From IMG/VR virus record IMGVR_UViG_3300031746_000002, positions 74,901 to 138,900 of that record: a stretch of DNA of 64,000 nt; one strand, given 5' to 3'. A program made the position numbers and the translations under genes. Position 1 is the stretch's first letter, and the number at the start of each line of letters is the position of its first letter. The notes under the pieces are model-generated. The model had not been told where the DNA came from and did no database searches. It worked only from the letters and a program-made list of their open reading frames with translations. This document shows, in pieces, positions 18,708-29,959 of the stretch. Origin of the DNA: a virus.

Positions 18708-20522
18708 ATGGAAATAGAAAAAGTGGTGAAACAGTTACTAAAAGCAAAGGAAGCTTATTACAATGAAACACCTATAATGTCAGATAATGAGTTTGATAAG
18801 TTAGAAGACCAGCTCAAAGCAGCAGACCCAAACAATGAATACTTTTCAGTAGTAGGAATTCCAACCGAAGGAAAGAAAATCAAACATTCAATCCCAATGC
18901 TTTCAATGAATAAAGTTAAAACAGCTAAAGAAGCAGTCAACTGGTTTGAAAAATTAAATGTTGAAAGCAATGTTGTAATGGAACCAAAGATAGATGGGGC
19001 AAGCGGGGAAATCTTTTACAGAAATGGAAAGCTCGAATATGTTGCAACAAGAGGAGATGGTGGAGAAGGAAGGGACATCACTCATGCAGCAAAGTATCTT
19101 TCAACAATACCAAAGACAATCAGTGCAAAATGTAATGTTTATGTAAGAGGCGAATTCTACTTTCCTAAAAATAATCCAGTAGTAAAATCAAAACTCAGAA
19201 ACAATGCATCAGGAATATTGAACAGGAAAACAGACCTTGAAAATCTTAAGTATCTCAAATTCGTTGCTTATCAGTTATTTGGAATTCCTCAGAAAACAGT
19301 AAGTGATAGTTTAATAGATTTAAGAGCACTGGGATTTAACATCATCTCATATAACATAAAGGATATAAGCAAACTGGAAGCAGAGTACAAATTTTATTTA
19401 GATGTTTTAAGGGATGAATGGGAATATGAAACAGATGGAATGGTACTTGTAATAAATGAAATAGGACTTCATGAAGAAATAGACAGCAGGTGGAAAGTAG
19501 AACATCATCATCACTATGCAATGGCATTGAAACCACCTTCAGAAGGAAAAGAAACACAACTGATGGGAATAAGTTGGGGAGTAACAAGGTATGGAAGTAT
19601 AATCCCAGTAGCAGTGCTTGACCCAATAGAAGTTGGTGGAGTAGAAATAAGTAGAGCAGCTTTAAATAACTATCAATACTTATTGGATTTGAAATTAAAC
19701 ATCGGTGATAAGCTGTACATAGAAAGAGCAAACGATGTAATACCTCATGTATCAGAGAATAGAAGCGGCTCAACAAAGTCAAACATAACATTGAAATATT
19801 GCCCATACTGCAATTCAACATTAGTCAGAGATGGAATTCATCTTAAATGCGTTAATAAAGATTGTGGCGAACAAAAGATACAGCAGATAATATTCTGGTG
19901 CAGTAAAGCAGAAATGGAAGGAGTTAAAGAAGGAACAGTAAGAAAACTATATGATACTACAGCAATTCGAAACATCAAAGATTTATATCATTTAACAAAG
20001 CATGATTTAGCAATTATACCAGGGTTTGCACTTACAAGCATTACAAAGATATTAAATGAAATAGAGAAATCAAGAACTGTTACATTTGCAAAGTTCATTG
20101 AAAGATTAGGCATCCCAATGGTAGGAATTAAAGCAGTAGAAAGTCTTGGTATAGAAACATTAGAAGATTTCATGCATTTCAATGATGACACTTATAGGAC
20201 AGGTCAAGAAGTAATGGACTGGACTTCTAAGCATATGGGAATGTTTAAGTTATTGCTCGAGGAGTTACATATCATAGACAAGGTAAAGATCGAAAAGAAG
20301 TCATCCAGGGGAACAGTGTGTATGACTGGTACAGGACCCAAAGCAAGGAAAGAACTCATTGCAGATATAAATAATAAAGGATATGAATTTGTGGACCACA
20401 TTACAAATGATTTAGGAATTCTTATTTGCGAAGATATTAATGGGAATAGCAGCAAACTACAGAAAGCAAAGAAGTGTGGAATTACGTTAATGAGTTATGA
20501 AGAGTTCTTCACTGAAAGTTAA
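18708..20522 (+). CDS. ligA: NAD-dependent DNA ligase
   Basis: AYYN...SD.EFD, EPKIDG, TRGDG, VRGE, ERANDVIP, CPYC...C..DC Zn finger, C-terminal BRCT. Confidence 0.95.
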   Translation: MEIEKVVKQLLKAKEAYYNETPIMSDNEFDKLEDQLKAADPNNEYFSVVGIPTEGKKIKHSIPMLSMNKVKTAKEAVNWFEKLNVESNVVMEPKIDGASGEIFYRNGKLEYVATRGDGGEGRDITHAAKYLSTIPKTISAKCNVYVRGEFYFPKNNPVVKSKLRNNASGILNRKTDLENLKYLKFVAYQLFGIPQKTVSDSLIDLRALGFNIISYNIKDISKLEAEYKFYLDVLRDEWEYETDGMVLVINEIGLHEEIDSRWKVEHHHHYAMALKPPSEGKETQLMGISWGVTRYGSIIPVAVLDPIEVGGVEISRAALNNYQYLLDLKLNIGDKLYIERANDVIPHVSENRSGSTKSNITLKYCPYCNSTLVRDGIHLKCVNKDCGEQKIQQIIFWCSKAEMEGVKEGTVRKLYDTTAIRNIKDLYHLTKHDLAIIPGFALTSITKILNEIEKSRTVTFAKFIERLGIPMVGIKAVESLGIETLEDFMHFNDDTYRTGQEVMDWTSKHMGMFKLLLEELHIIDKVKIEKKSSRGTVCMTGTGPKARKELIADINNKGYEFVDHITNDLGILICEDINGNSSKLQKAKKCGITLMSYEEFFTES

Positions 20523-20532
20523 TTGATATTGG

Positions 20533-20542
20533 GCTTAATAAT
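20533..20542 (+). promoter_or_regulatory. GCTTARTAAT motif, copy 2
   Basis: Intergenic, preceded by AAGTT. Confidence 0.45.
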
Positions 20543-20566
20543 ATAAGGAAAGGAAGAAAAATAGAA

Positions 20567-22006
20567 ATGAACGGTAAAACACAAAATATAATAGACATGT
20601 ATTTAAGCAGAAAATATAAACCTTTTTATATTGATAATATTATGTATGGTAGAACTTTTACAAGAATAATGAAGCGTAATTTGAAAAATATCAAATCTGA
20701 CCCAGGTGATGAAATTTATAAAAATGATTTTGATATGAAGTGGAATATACAAGGGGTTAATTACTTATCCAAAAAAGATTTAGAAAGCATCGCTTATTCA
20801 ATTATATGGTGGGTAAATCTTGAAGGTGGTGGAACTCGTCTTACAAATCATGCTGACTCTGTAAGGGAAAGATTTACAAAAGATGCTTTGAAATGGTATA
20901 AAAAGCACAGTAAGATTAAGAAGATAAAAGAATATCCATTTGAAGTATATCTTATGGATGCTATTTGTAGGTTAGCATTGTTTGCTTTAAAACAAAAAGA
21001 ATTAATGATACGAAAGAAGTTAATAGCTTAAGGAGGAAACTATGATAAGAATACAAGCTGAAATTCCATACACAGAAGAAATTAAGACACTGAGGCTTAC
21101 AAGGAACCCATTCTATTACGGAATAGGTTTCTATACAGATACTGATGGAGTCGAATGGGATATACCAGCAATGGGAAATAATGGAACTGTGCGTTATGTA
21201 TGTGCAAGGAAGGTGGATCATAACATGCCTTATTACAGCACCTGTTCCTGGGGGAATTCATATGGTAATCACCAATGGATACCGTATTACGTTGAAATAA
21301 TAGAAGTGAAGGAGGACTCGTGGTTCATAAAAGTATTAAAAGGGTTTATAGAATATGTGACCAAGCTAAAAGTTGCACTAGCTGCAAAGCTACTAAGGAA
21401 TGCCACAAGCTAGATGATATTATCAGGAAGTTAGACCCTGATAATCAATTCAATCTTTTATCTGCAGAACTCAGTGAAATGGAGAAGGGATATAAGCGAC
21501 TTCAAATAGTAGTTAATAATTATAAGCAGCTTAAAAAATTGCTTGATGTAATGGATAACGGAGTTTAAAATGAAAGACAATGAAGAGGAAGTAATATGTA
21601 GTATCTGTGGAGAAACATTCATTCGTAAAATAAATATAGAAGATGTTGGGCATCCCGATATATGCAATGAATGCAGAGGTGAAGATCTTTCAGAAGGGAA
21701 TGGTGATTGGTAATGGGAATGCATATTAACAAGCCAGTGATAGTACTTAATCTTTTATTAGCAGAAAGAGAAGTTGAAATTGATGGGATAGTAATGGCTA
21801 TCCGCGAATTTAATAAAGTAAAGAAGATATGTACACCAGCTACAACTAATTCAGGCGATAAAATATTTGTACCAGTAGATATGCCAATGGATCTATTCAT
21901 TAAACTTTGTGAAGCAATACCCGATGATAAATTATTCTTGATGACAGCAGGTAAAGCACTGCAAGATATGGCAGAAGAGAAAAGAAAGAAGAGGAGTAAG
22001 AAATGA
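20567..22006 (+). other. Run of hypothetical genes (20567-21031, 21042-21413, 21320-21568, 21707-22006)
   Basis: ORF track, tightly packed; no family recognised. Confidence 0.5.
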
Positions 22007-22180
22007 AAATATTTAAAATCATCGTATACATATTTTATTCTATAATTTGTATAGCAGAAGGCTTATTAGTTAATAAGGTAGCAGATCATAGCCAGCATTT
22101 GGCTTGGGGTTTACTAGTAACATTTATACTGTTGCTTATCAGTACAGAATTAGTAGAATTAACAAGGAAATTGAAATGAA

Positions 22181-22330
22181 GGAGTTACGAGACATCTCCG
22201 AAATTGGCGAAAGCCGTATGGGCGAAATACCCGTTAATCAAATAGTCTCCGCGTCAGGGATGAAGAAAGGTGGGACTAGTAGTGTCCATCCTCTAAAGAG
22301 TGTGTAATAACTCATCTGCAATGCCTGACG
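22181..22330 (+). ncRNA. Candidate structured ncRNA
   Basis: GC-richer intergenic segment with GAGAC/GTCTC, GGC-GAAA-GCC, ATGGG/CCCGT and CGTCAGG/CCTGACG stems. Confidence 0.5.
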
Positions 22331-22363
22331 TAGTTTGGTAGAGATAATAAGGAAAAATAGAAT

Positions 22364-23473
22364 ATGGATTTTAAAATAGGCGATCATGTAAAATGGGAAT
22401 GTAAAATCTGTGATTGCATGCATGCTGGAGTTATAATAGATATACATGTTGATGGAATAAATATTGATAAGGAAGAAATCAAAATGGCGAAGATTAGATT
22501 AGGTGAAGATCTTGAAATGATAAGTGGAACTATTATAGAAGCATATACAGGAGATTTAACAAAGGAGTGAGAAATGAAAATTAAAACGAAGTATAATATA
22601 GGAGATCATATAATATACCTTTATCATAGTAAGAAAAAGCATGGGTTGATTGTAGCTATTAAAATTGATCTAGAACAACGAATATTATATAGAGTTTATT
22701 ATAATGCTACACATGCATGGGTTTATGAAAGCCAAATAGAAGGAGTGGAATACCAATGATAATAAATAAACTAACAAAGATTTGTCATGGACAATGGTCA
22801 TTAGATGATATAGCAAGAAGAGCAGTATATTTTCCAACACTCACTGAATGCACATTTGAATGTGATTTTGGAATTATACATGTGAAGGAAGAATTATATG
22901 ATGCTTTTCTAAAAGCAATATTTGCATTACCAGAAGAAGATAGAAAGAAATTAAACATCTCATTTGAAGAGTCACGACCAGATGTTGCATTTACACCACC
23001 ATTTAATTACGAAAGATTTAGATATGATAATGTTACAAAAGGAGTAGTGAAATTTTAAAGGAGGAACGATGGCTAGTAATTCAATACCAGACGATGTTGT
23101 ATTCAGTACATGCAAACCAGGGAAAGGCGCAGAAACTTGCAGATATTTAGCTATGGGCTCAGAAGGATTTGAATGTTTAAAGAAAACAGATCTCAAATGG
23201 AATTTAGATGCAAGAGTAGCAGCTGATAATATAGTAGCACGCGGAGATAACTGTGAAGGAAGATAAATGATTTCTTATTATGTAGATGATAAAACAGGTA
23301 AAGATATTAATCGTCGAAAAGGAAAGAACCCTAAGAAACCGTGGAAGACTTGGCAATATGCAGTAGATCATATAACAATAATTCCTTGTATATTAAGGTT
23401 TAAACCAAAATACCCTGTTAAATATATAACAGCTACTTTTGATTTGAACAATCTAAAAAGGAGGAAACGATGA
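22364..23473 (+). other. Run of five small genes (two SH3/KOW-like, one Cys-rich, one with a YYVD..TG.D...PWKT motif)
   Basis: FKIGDHV, YNIGDHI; ORFs at 22364, 22574, 22756, 23069, 23267. Confidence 0.5.
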
Positions 23474-23976
23474 GAAAATTAGGTTGGGTATTAGTTGTGT
23501 TAAGTATTGTGCTGTTTACTGTTTATGGGTTTGGTGCATTATCAGTACATAACAGGGTAATGAATTCAAGCTTAGGTTATTGGAATTTAGCAGACAAGTC
23601 AAGTACGCTAGAAGCAAAATGCGATAACATTGACAAGTTCGTTGCAGCTATTAATAAGGAAACATTTACAACTAACAATGCATGGCTTTATCCCAATATC
23701 AATAATAGCATTGAATATAATAAAGCGGCATTACTAACATTACAGAAGAGACTACATGAAATAAAAAGGCTGGATCCGAATTCACTTGCATACGCTACAA
23801 GTATTCAGCAGATAACAGCGCAAGAACAAGGTGAAGCTCAATATATGATAGGTGAAATTTATGGATGCTTATATAAAGCAACATACCCAATGTATTGGGG
23901 CTGGTTATCTGCATTGATACTTACTTTATATAGCATTATTTTTATAGTTGGATGTGTTTTTTGTAATTGGGATTAA
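23470..23976 (+). CDS. Membrane protein (N- and C-terminal TM helices)
   Basis: Two hydrophobic segments; AGGAGG SD. Confidence 0.6.
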   Translation: MRKLGWVLVVLSIVLFTVYGFGALSVHNRVMNSSLGYWNLADKSSTLEAKCDNIDKFVAAINKETFTTNNAWLYPNINNSIEYNKAALLTLQKRLHEIKRLDPNSLAYATSIQQITAQEQGEAQYMIGEIYGCLYKATYPMYWGWLSALILTLYSIIFIVGCVFCNWD

Positions 23977-23984
23977 TTATTCTA

Positions 23985-24013
23985 TTTACGTTTTCGCTGA
24001 AATATAGTATAAT
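23985..24013 (+). promoter_or_regulatory. Sigma70-type early promoter, copy 2
   Basis: TTTACG-TTTTCGCTGAAATATAG-TATAAT. Confidence 0.8.
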
Positions 24014-24606
24014 GTAATTAAAGGAAAACGATAAATAGGAGGAAATGAAAATGATTAAAGTAAGACCGGAATCACAGGCATGGAATGTTTTGGTAGATCT
24101 TTGGGAGCAAGAGGAACAGCATCCTGGTATATTTGATAAAGAAAGAAAAGAAAGAAGAAAAGGTGCTGCATGGAAGAATAGTAATATTTGTAAATCTATA
24201 GAAAGACATAAAAAATAAAATAGGAGGAACGATGAAATATAGCGAAGGTTTTTTTAAGAAAGCAGAATCTTATGCTAATGAATGTTTATTGGGATGTTTG
24301 AAAAGAAAGCATTATTATTCAATTGATTGCGAAGTTCCTGATGAGCTAGGGATTAAATGTCCTTTTATAAAAGTTTGTAAGCACATAAAAAAGTTGATTA
24401 AATAATAAAGGAAAACAGAAATGAAAACAAAAGAAAAGAAACAAGAAGTAGCTAAAGCAAATCAAGAGACTCATGATAAGCTTACACCACAGCAGAAGAT
24501 AGCAAAGCTGGATGCAAAGTTTGGTGTAGGAAAAGGTGCAAAGAAAGAACGAGCAAGATTGATAGCATTATATATTGGTTTAAATCATCTATAATATAAA
24601 GGATAA

Positions 24607-24715
24607 GCCTGGAGACATGGTGAAAATCCATCTGGATGAGAAGCAAAACAATACGCTCCTCGGCAATCGTCTAGTAAGGTTCACAGCCTGTGAACAAATA
24701 TAGAGGACACCAGGC
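24607..24715 (+). ncRNA. Candidate multi-branched structured RNA
   Basis: GCCTGG/CCAGGC closes ATGG/CCAT, CTGGATGA/TCGTCTAG and GTTCACA/TGTGAAC arms in a ~300 nt gap with no ORF in the track. Confidence 0.45.
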
Positions 24716-24896
24716 ACCATCAAAATGAGGATAGTAATATATAAGCACCCATTGCAATTAAAGATTTCAATTAATAAGTTCGGCAGAGGAATTGCTGTCT
24801 TTTTCTTTGGATTAAGCTTATATATTTATATGTACGGCAATACTGAAAGAGATAAGGTTCTATGGTATACAATGTTAACATGGTAAGGAGAAAACA

Positions 24897-25115
24897 ATGG
24901 GAAATGTATTTAGCTGGTTTAAACATGTAATGGGAATAGGCAGGTGGGAGAAACCAAAGACTGATGCAGTGATAGAGAAATTAATTGCAAAAACAAGAGG
25001 TCCAAGTGTGGATCAGAAAACAGCGGATTATAATAAGATGCTAAAACATCGAAGGGAAAGAGTAAAGTTTGCTAGAAGGACAAGGAAGATAAACATTGCA
25101 TTGGAGAAACAATAA
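24897..25115 (+). CDS. Hypothetical protein
   Basis: AAGGAG SD. Confidence 0.55.
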   Translation: MGNVFSWFKHVMGIGRWEKPKTDAVIEKLIAKTRGPSVDQKTADYNKMLKHRRERVKFARRTRKINIALEKQ

Positions 25116-25470
25116 CTCATGATAAAAAAGAAACGACCAGACTATAGAGGCTTCATGCTACATCTAAAGGATTTAGATAAATATGGAATTGCGTATGGAA
25201 TAAATGATTTGATAGAACTGGCAAATAAGTACAGAACACCAATTCCAAGGTTTATAGGGAGAAGGACACCGAAACTGCTTATGGTAAAAAGATAATGAAA
25301 CCTAAATTAACTGTTAAGATATTAAGGGATAAGATAGGAATGGCTAGAATACATATAGACAGTGCTAAGGCTGTTATGCATTGCGCAACAATAAAGTTTC
25401 ATGATGCAGAATACGAATATAATATATTACGAAAAAGATTAAAAGCAATGATAAGTAAAAGGAAAAACAA

Positions 25471-25911
25471 ATGAAAATCTGCATTGTAGGAAGTTATAAA
25501 TGGAAAGATGAAGATATTAAAGTTGCAAAGAAAGTAATTAAGTTGATCTTTGATGTTATAGAAAAATACAATGATGTAATAATCATATCAGGTGAATGTC
25601 CAAAAGGCGGAGTAGATATTTGGGCAAAAGAAGAGGCTGAAAACAGGGAAATGGAATATCAGGGGTTTTATCCTAAAGGTAATTCAAAAATGTTCTACAT
25701 GCAACGTAACAAGAAGATGGCACTTACTTGTGATGCTTTATTCAGAATAGCTTCACGTGCAAGTACTACATATGGAAGTGGAATAACAATGAAATGGGCA
25801 GCAGAGCAGAAGAAACCTTTTTATAACATAATCGTAGCAAATTATATCAATACTGATGAAATTAAAAAAGGCATTAGAAAAATATTAGACTCAATAACAG
25901 AGAGGAAATAA
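25471..25911 (+). CDS. SLOG/YspA-like protein
   Basis: KICIVGS, IISGECPKGGVDIWA..A, RNKKMA, SG.T. Confidence 0.75.
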   Translation: MKICIVGSYKWKDEDIKVAKKVIKLIFDVIEKYNDVIIISGECPKGGVDIWAKEEAENREMEYQGFYPKGNSKMFYMQRNKKMALTCDALFRIASRASTTYGSGITMKWAAEQKKPFYNIIVANYINTDEIKKGIRKILDSITERK

Positions 25912-27594
25912 TGGTTAAGAATAAGAGAACAAAGAAAAAGAAATCATATGAAGTTATTATAGCTATGGTATTAACAACAAAAATGAAAGATGGTGAAAGA
26001 ACAACAATACCCATAACACACTACGATGATAGTGATCTAGACAAGCTACAAGCTATAGTAATTAAACATGTCAACTGTATATTTAAGAAAGGAAAAGAGA
26101 TATGGAGAAAATAAATGGGCAGGTGTATTTATAGATATAGTGTAAAAATATATTATCCAAAAATTCATATGGTACAACTTTGTCAATTAAAAGAAGCAGC
26201 GTATGGTGGCGATTATAATAAGACAGCATGTAATAGTATAAAGAAAGATTGTCCAATTCTTAGAATGGTTAATAGAGTGGAAGAGATAAGGAGAACAAAT
26301 GATAATAACAAACAATGATATTTTGGGATTGTGTTTACTTGGGTTAGTAATAGTAATTTTTGGAATGGGAAGTGGAGGAGGTGGTGGAGGATGTGGAGTT
26401 AATCCTCCTCCTAAAACACCGAGACCAGCAAATCCACCGCAAGGACAAGAGACAAGAATAATAACATCAATAGGTGATAACAAAATAGCGCACCAAGAAA
26501 TGAGAACTTTACAACCACCTCCAGCTACAAAGGAGAAACAATAAGAAAAACGAAATAGCAGAACAAGAGGATAGTATGGAATTTTTTGGTTTAATATTTA
26601 AAATAGTCTTTAGTATATTTGCACTGATTATACTCTATTATATATCTAACTATTTTTTAGGTCCAGTTCTATTTTATCTATTTGAAACTGAAGATAATTT
26701 ATTCTGGTTTGTAGTGGTAGGATTAATAGCTGTATTTTGCTGGAAAAAGGAGGGATAAATGTTATTAGCGGATTGTCTTGGTAAAAGGATTTTGTATGAT
26801 GTTAGATATAGTGAATATGGTATAGATGAAGCAACAGTAGTTGAAATATCTCCCAACAAAGAATATGCACGTTTAAGACATCCTAATGGAAACTTTACTT
26901 GGGAAAGAATAGAAACTTGGAATGGAAAACATCATGTAGTAGATACATTGATAATAAAGAATGGTGCACTATCAATACAAAAGATTATGCATGTGATGAG
27001 AACAGGTAAACCTTTAAAGGAGAAAAAGTAATGGAAACATTGCGTATATTAATGAAGGATCCAGGCATGGCAATATTCTTAATCATATTAGGAATATGTG
27101 CTATTGGGTGCATCATAGGAATATTCTATTCAATATTAAGGAACGACCCAGAAAGACCGTTCTAAAGGAGAAATAACATGGATTATATGGGAATGGATCC
27201 AGCTTTCGTTTGGTATAGCTTCTCATTCTTTATATTTTTAATAATAGTGTTTAGTAGTGCTATGGTTTACTGCAAGCATAGAACAGAAAAAGGTCTTGCA
27301 AGATATTTAATTGTTTATCCTATTTTTTTAACAATCGCTGCAGGTTGGTGCTACCTACAAGCAGGAATACCAGTATTTGTTAGTAGCGATAGTCTTACAT
27401 TATTTTGTGCTGGCTTCTTTTTTATAGGGGGATTTATAGTATTCATGGTTATTTATAACCAGATGAAAAAAGATTTAGGTCCTAGAATTGATATTAAAAT
27501 TAAATCAAATACACAACGGGATAATAAAGGAAGATTTAAGAAGCAGAACAAAATGACTGCAGATGAAATTGCAAGTATAGATACAATAGATTAA
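25911..27594 (+). other. Run of small genes, several with TM helices (26299 is Gly/Pro-rich; 27178 has 3 TM)
   Basis: ORF track; hydrophobic segments. Confidence 0.5.
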
Positions 27595-27604
27595 AGGAGA
27601 AACA

Positions 27605-28348
27605 ATGGGAATGTATGATAATGTAACAGGCAAATGTCCCTACTGCGGAAAAGAGTTTTATACACAAACAAAGTTATTTGGGTCGATGATGATGAATTAT
27701 ACAATAGGCAGCCGGATATTTGAAAACTCATTAGCGCTTTATGCATCAGTATTACTTAAGGATGTTTGCTTTGAATGCAGGCAGCCAATAGTTATGATGA
27801 TTGAAAACAACATAATAACAGCATTTAAAAAAGTAACTGAAGAAAAACCAATGTATATTGAAGGACCGTGGGGCAGCTTTGAAAAGAATGAAGAAGCTAA
27901 TGCTGTAGACAATGATGGCAACCCAATTAAAACAGGGTTCAGCGGAGGAACAGTATCAAGTGTAATAGATGCTCCATTAGACAGTCATATCATAGACGTA
28001 ATAAAAGAAAGAATACGGTGCATTGATTTTGGACACCATGATATAAATAGCTTCTGTACTGAAAAAGAGTTCTTAAATAACTTATTAATATTAAATGAAC
28101 GAGCAGCTAAGCTACCAGCACATAGCTTACCGCCAAAAGAGATATATGATGTATTACATGCAGCAGAAGAGAATGGAATAAATATCCCACTTACAGTTGA
28201 TGAATGGTGGAAGAAAGAAACGGAGATAAACGAAATGAACAAAGGATTTACATTGCCTGAACTGGTAATTACAACGGTGATAGTAATAGTTATAGGGTTC
28301 TTATTCTGGAAGTTTGTATTGACTACAGTAATTAAATTGATAATGTAA
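27605..28348 (+). CDS. Zn-ribbon protein with C-terminal prepilin-like segment
   Basis: MGMYD...CPYCG...QTK; ends MNKGFTLPELVITTVIVIVIG... Confidence 0.6.
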   Translation: MGMYDNVTGKCPYCGKEFYTQTKLFGSMMMNYTIGSRIFENSLALYASVLLKDVCFECRQPIVMMIENNIITAFKKVTEEKPMYIEGPWGSFEKNEEANAVDNDGNPIKTGFSGGTVSSVIDAPLDSHIIDVIKERIRCIDFGHHDINSFCTEKEFLNNLLILNERAAKLPAHSLPPKEIYDVLHAAEENGINIPLTVDEWWKKETEINEMNKGFTLPELVITTVIVIVIGFLFWKFVLTTVIKLIM

Positions 28349-28680
28349 TGAAGATACGAAATAAAAAACAATATTTCAAAGAATATAATTGTGAGAAAGA
28401 GCTTAAACAATTCTGTAAATATGTATTCAAAGATTTAGAACTTAAGGGCTGGAAAGTTAAGAAAGCAAAAGATAGTTACTGTAACCAAAGAACAAAAACT
28501 ATCACATTAGCTGAATATCACTTTGCAGGATTATATCTTTTTGATGCTAAGATATTCTTTCTGCATGAAGTAGCACATATATTTACATATCCGAAAGATC
28601 ATTGGCATGGAGATTTATGGCAAAATAGATACAAAGATCTAGTTTTTAAATTCATCATACATGAAGGAGAAGTATATTAA
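28348..28680 (+). CDS. SprT-like zinc metallopeptidase domain protein
   Basis: FLHEVAH...HGDLW. Confidence 0.7.
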   Translation: MKIRNKKQYFKEYNCEKELKQFCKYVFKDLELKGWKVKKAKDSYCNQRTKTITLAEYHFAGLYLFDAKIFFLHEVAHIFTYPKDHWHGDLWQNRYKDLVFKFIIHEGEVY

Positions 28681-28693
28681 AAGGAGGAGTAAC

Positions 28694-29038
28694 ATGTGGA
28701 TAACTAGGAAATATATTCAAGAACATGAAGACACAATCTTTGTATTTGGAGACAATGTAGAAGGTTATGGGAATGGAGGACAAGCAGCAGAGGCACGTGG
28801 AGAAAATAATGTAATAGGCATTCCAACTAAATGGAGTCCCAGGGAATTCTTCAAAGATGAAGACTATGATAAGGTAATACCCATTATTGATGCAGCATTC
28901 CAACAGATTAAATATCAACTGAACATAATGGGATTTAATATAGTATTCTTTCCAGACATCGGCAAAGGACTTGCAGAGCTTCCAAAGAGAGCACCCAAAA
29001 TCTACCAATATATTAAGGATAAGATAGAGAGCTTCTAA
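28694..29038 (+). CDS. Conserved phage protein, macrodomain-like
   Basis: IFVFGDN..G.G.GGQA..ARGE.N.IGIPTK and IG.GLA.L motifs; AGGAGG SD before ATG 28694. Confidence 0.5.
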   Translation: MWITRKYIQEHEDTIFVFGDNVEGYGNGGQAAEARGENNVIGIPTKWSPREFFKDEDYDKVIPIIDAAFQQIKYQLNIMGFNIVFFPDIGKGLAELPKRAPKIYQYIKDKIESF

Positions 29039-29257
29039 TGCCCAATCCAGAATTAGGTCAAGTTGTCCAAGCCACTCATTTCAAATGTCCCAAGTGTAAA
29101 ACAGATAGATTCATTCTAGATAAGATGGGTTTAATCTGCACTATATGTAAGGCATTCTTTAGTGCAGCATATATCAATTACGATAATGATAACCAACAAA
29201 ACGGAGTAGATATTTATGCTGATAATATAAACCAAGCTGAAAGTTCGACGAAATAAA

Positions 29258-29267
29258 GCTTAATAAT
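29258..29267 (+). promoter_or_regulatory. GCTTARTAAT motif, copy 3
   Basis: Intergenic, preceded by AAGTT. Confidence 0.45.
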
Positions 29268-29287
29268 TAAATGGGAAGGATAAGAAG

Positions 29288-29956
29288 ATGGTATCTATTA
29301 AACTAACAAAAGAAGAATATGAGCTTTTGAAAAGTCCAGAGATGCAGAAATATTATATATTTAAAAAAAGTAAAGCATCACACCAGCAATGTTTAAATGC
29401 AGCTCTTACTGAATTAAGCTGGGGTAAATTCATGCAGCCCAATCATATAGATAAAACAAGATTTCCTTATCCTTTATTAAAAGAAGCACATGGGGGATTT
29501 GATTATACACGTTTTGCTGTAATGATAGATATTAAATCAACAACTATAAATGTTAAATATGTAGCAAAATATTTTCAATGCTCTATTGATGCAGGACAAA
29601 TAGATCAAAAATGTGAGATATATGTTTTTATATTTGTAAACATTGAAACTTTAACTTGTATAATTGCTGGATATATTTTAAAGAAAGATTTTATTAAGAA
29701 AGCAAGGATAATTAATCCCGGTGAATTATTAGGTAATAAAAAGCCAGCAGTTAGAAAAAGCTATACTGTTGAAGTACAAGATTTGATATTAATAGAATCA
29801 CCAAGGAATTTTAGTATTGAGATGAAAGCATTAAGTAAAAAATTAGGTTATTATAAGAAATGGAAAGAGAATCATGATTTACATCTTAATTTAACAAAGA
29901 TGAAATCTAAAACAATGCATGCAATAGATTATGATGATGAAGATGATGAGGAATAA
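29288..29956 (+). CDS. Putative PD-(D/E)xK nuclease-like protein
   Basis: E...GGFD...IDIKS. Confidence 0.4.
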   Translation: MVSIKLTKEEYELLKSPEMQKYYIFKKSKASHQQCLNAALTELSWGKFMQPNHIDKTRFPYPLLKEAHGGFDYTRFAVMIDIKSTTINVKYVAKYFQCSIDAGQIDQKCEIYVFIFVNIETLTCIIAGYILKKDFIKKARIINPGELLGNKKPAVRKSYTVEVQDLILIESPRNFSIEMKALSKKLGYYKKWKENHDLHLNLTKMKSKTMHAIDYDDEDDEE

Positions 29957-29959
29957 ACA

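Noticed and set aside
22104-22307. 67-aa ORF
   Set aside because: TTG start without SD; overlaps a short membrane-protein ORF and the structured element
24632-24645. Hammerhead ribozyme (CTGGATGAG resembles CUGAUGAG)
   Set aside because: Extra G in the core and no correctly placed GAAA/stem III
26365-26440. GGA/GGT-rich stretch pairing with CCTCCT as a structured RNA
   Set aside because: Explained by the Gly- and Pro-rich coding of ORF 26299
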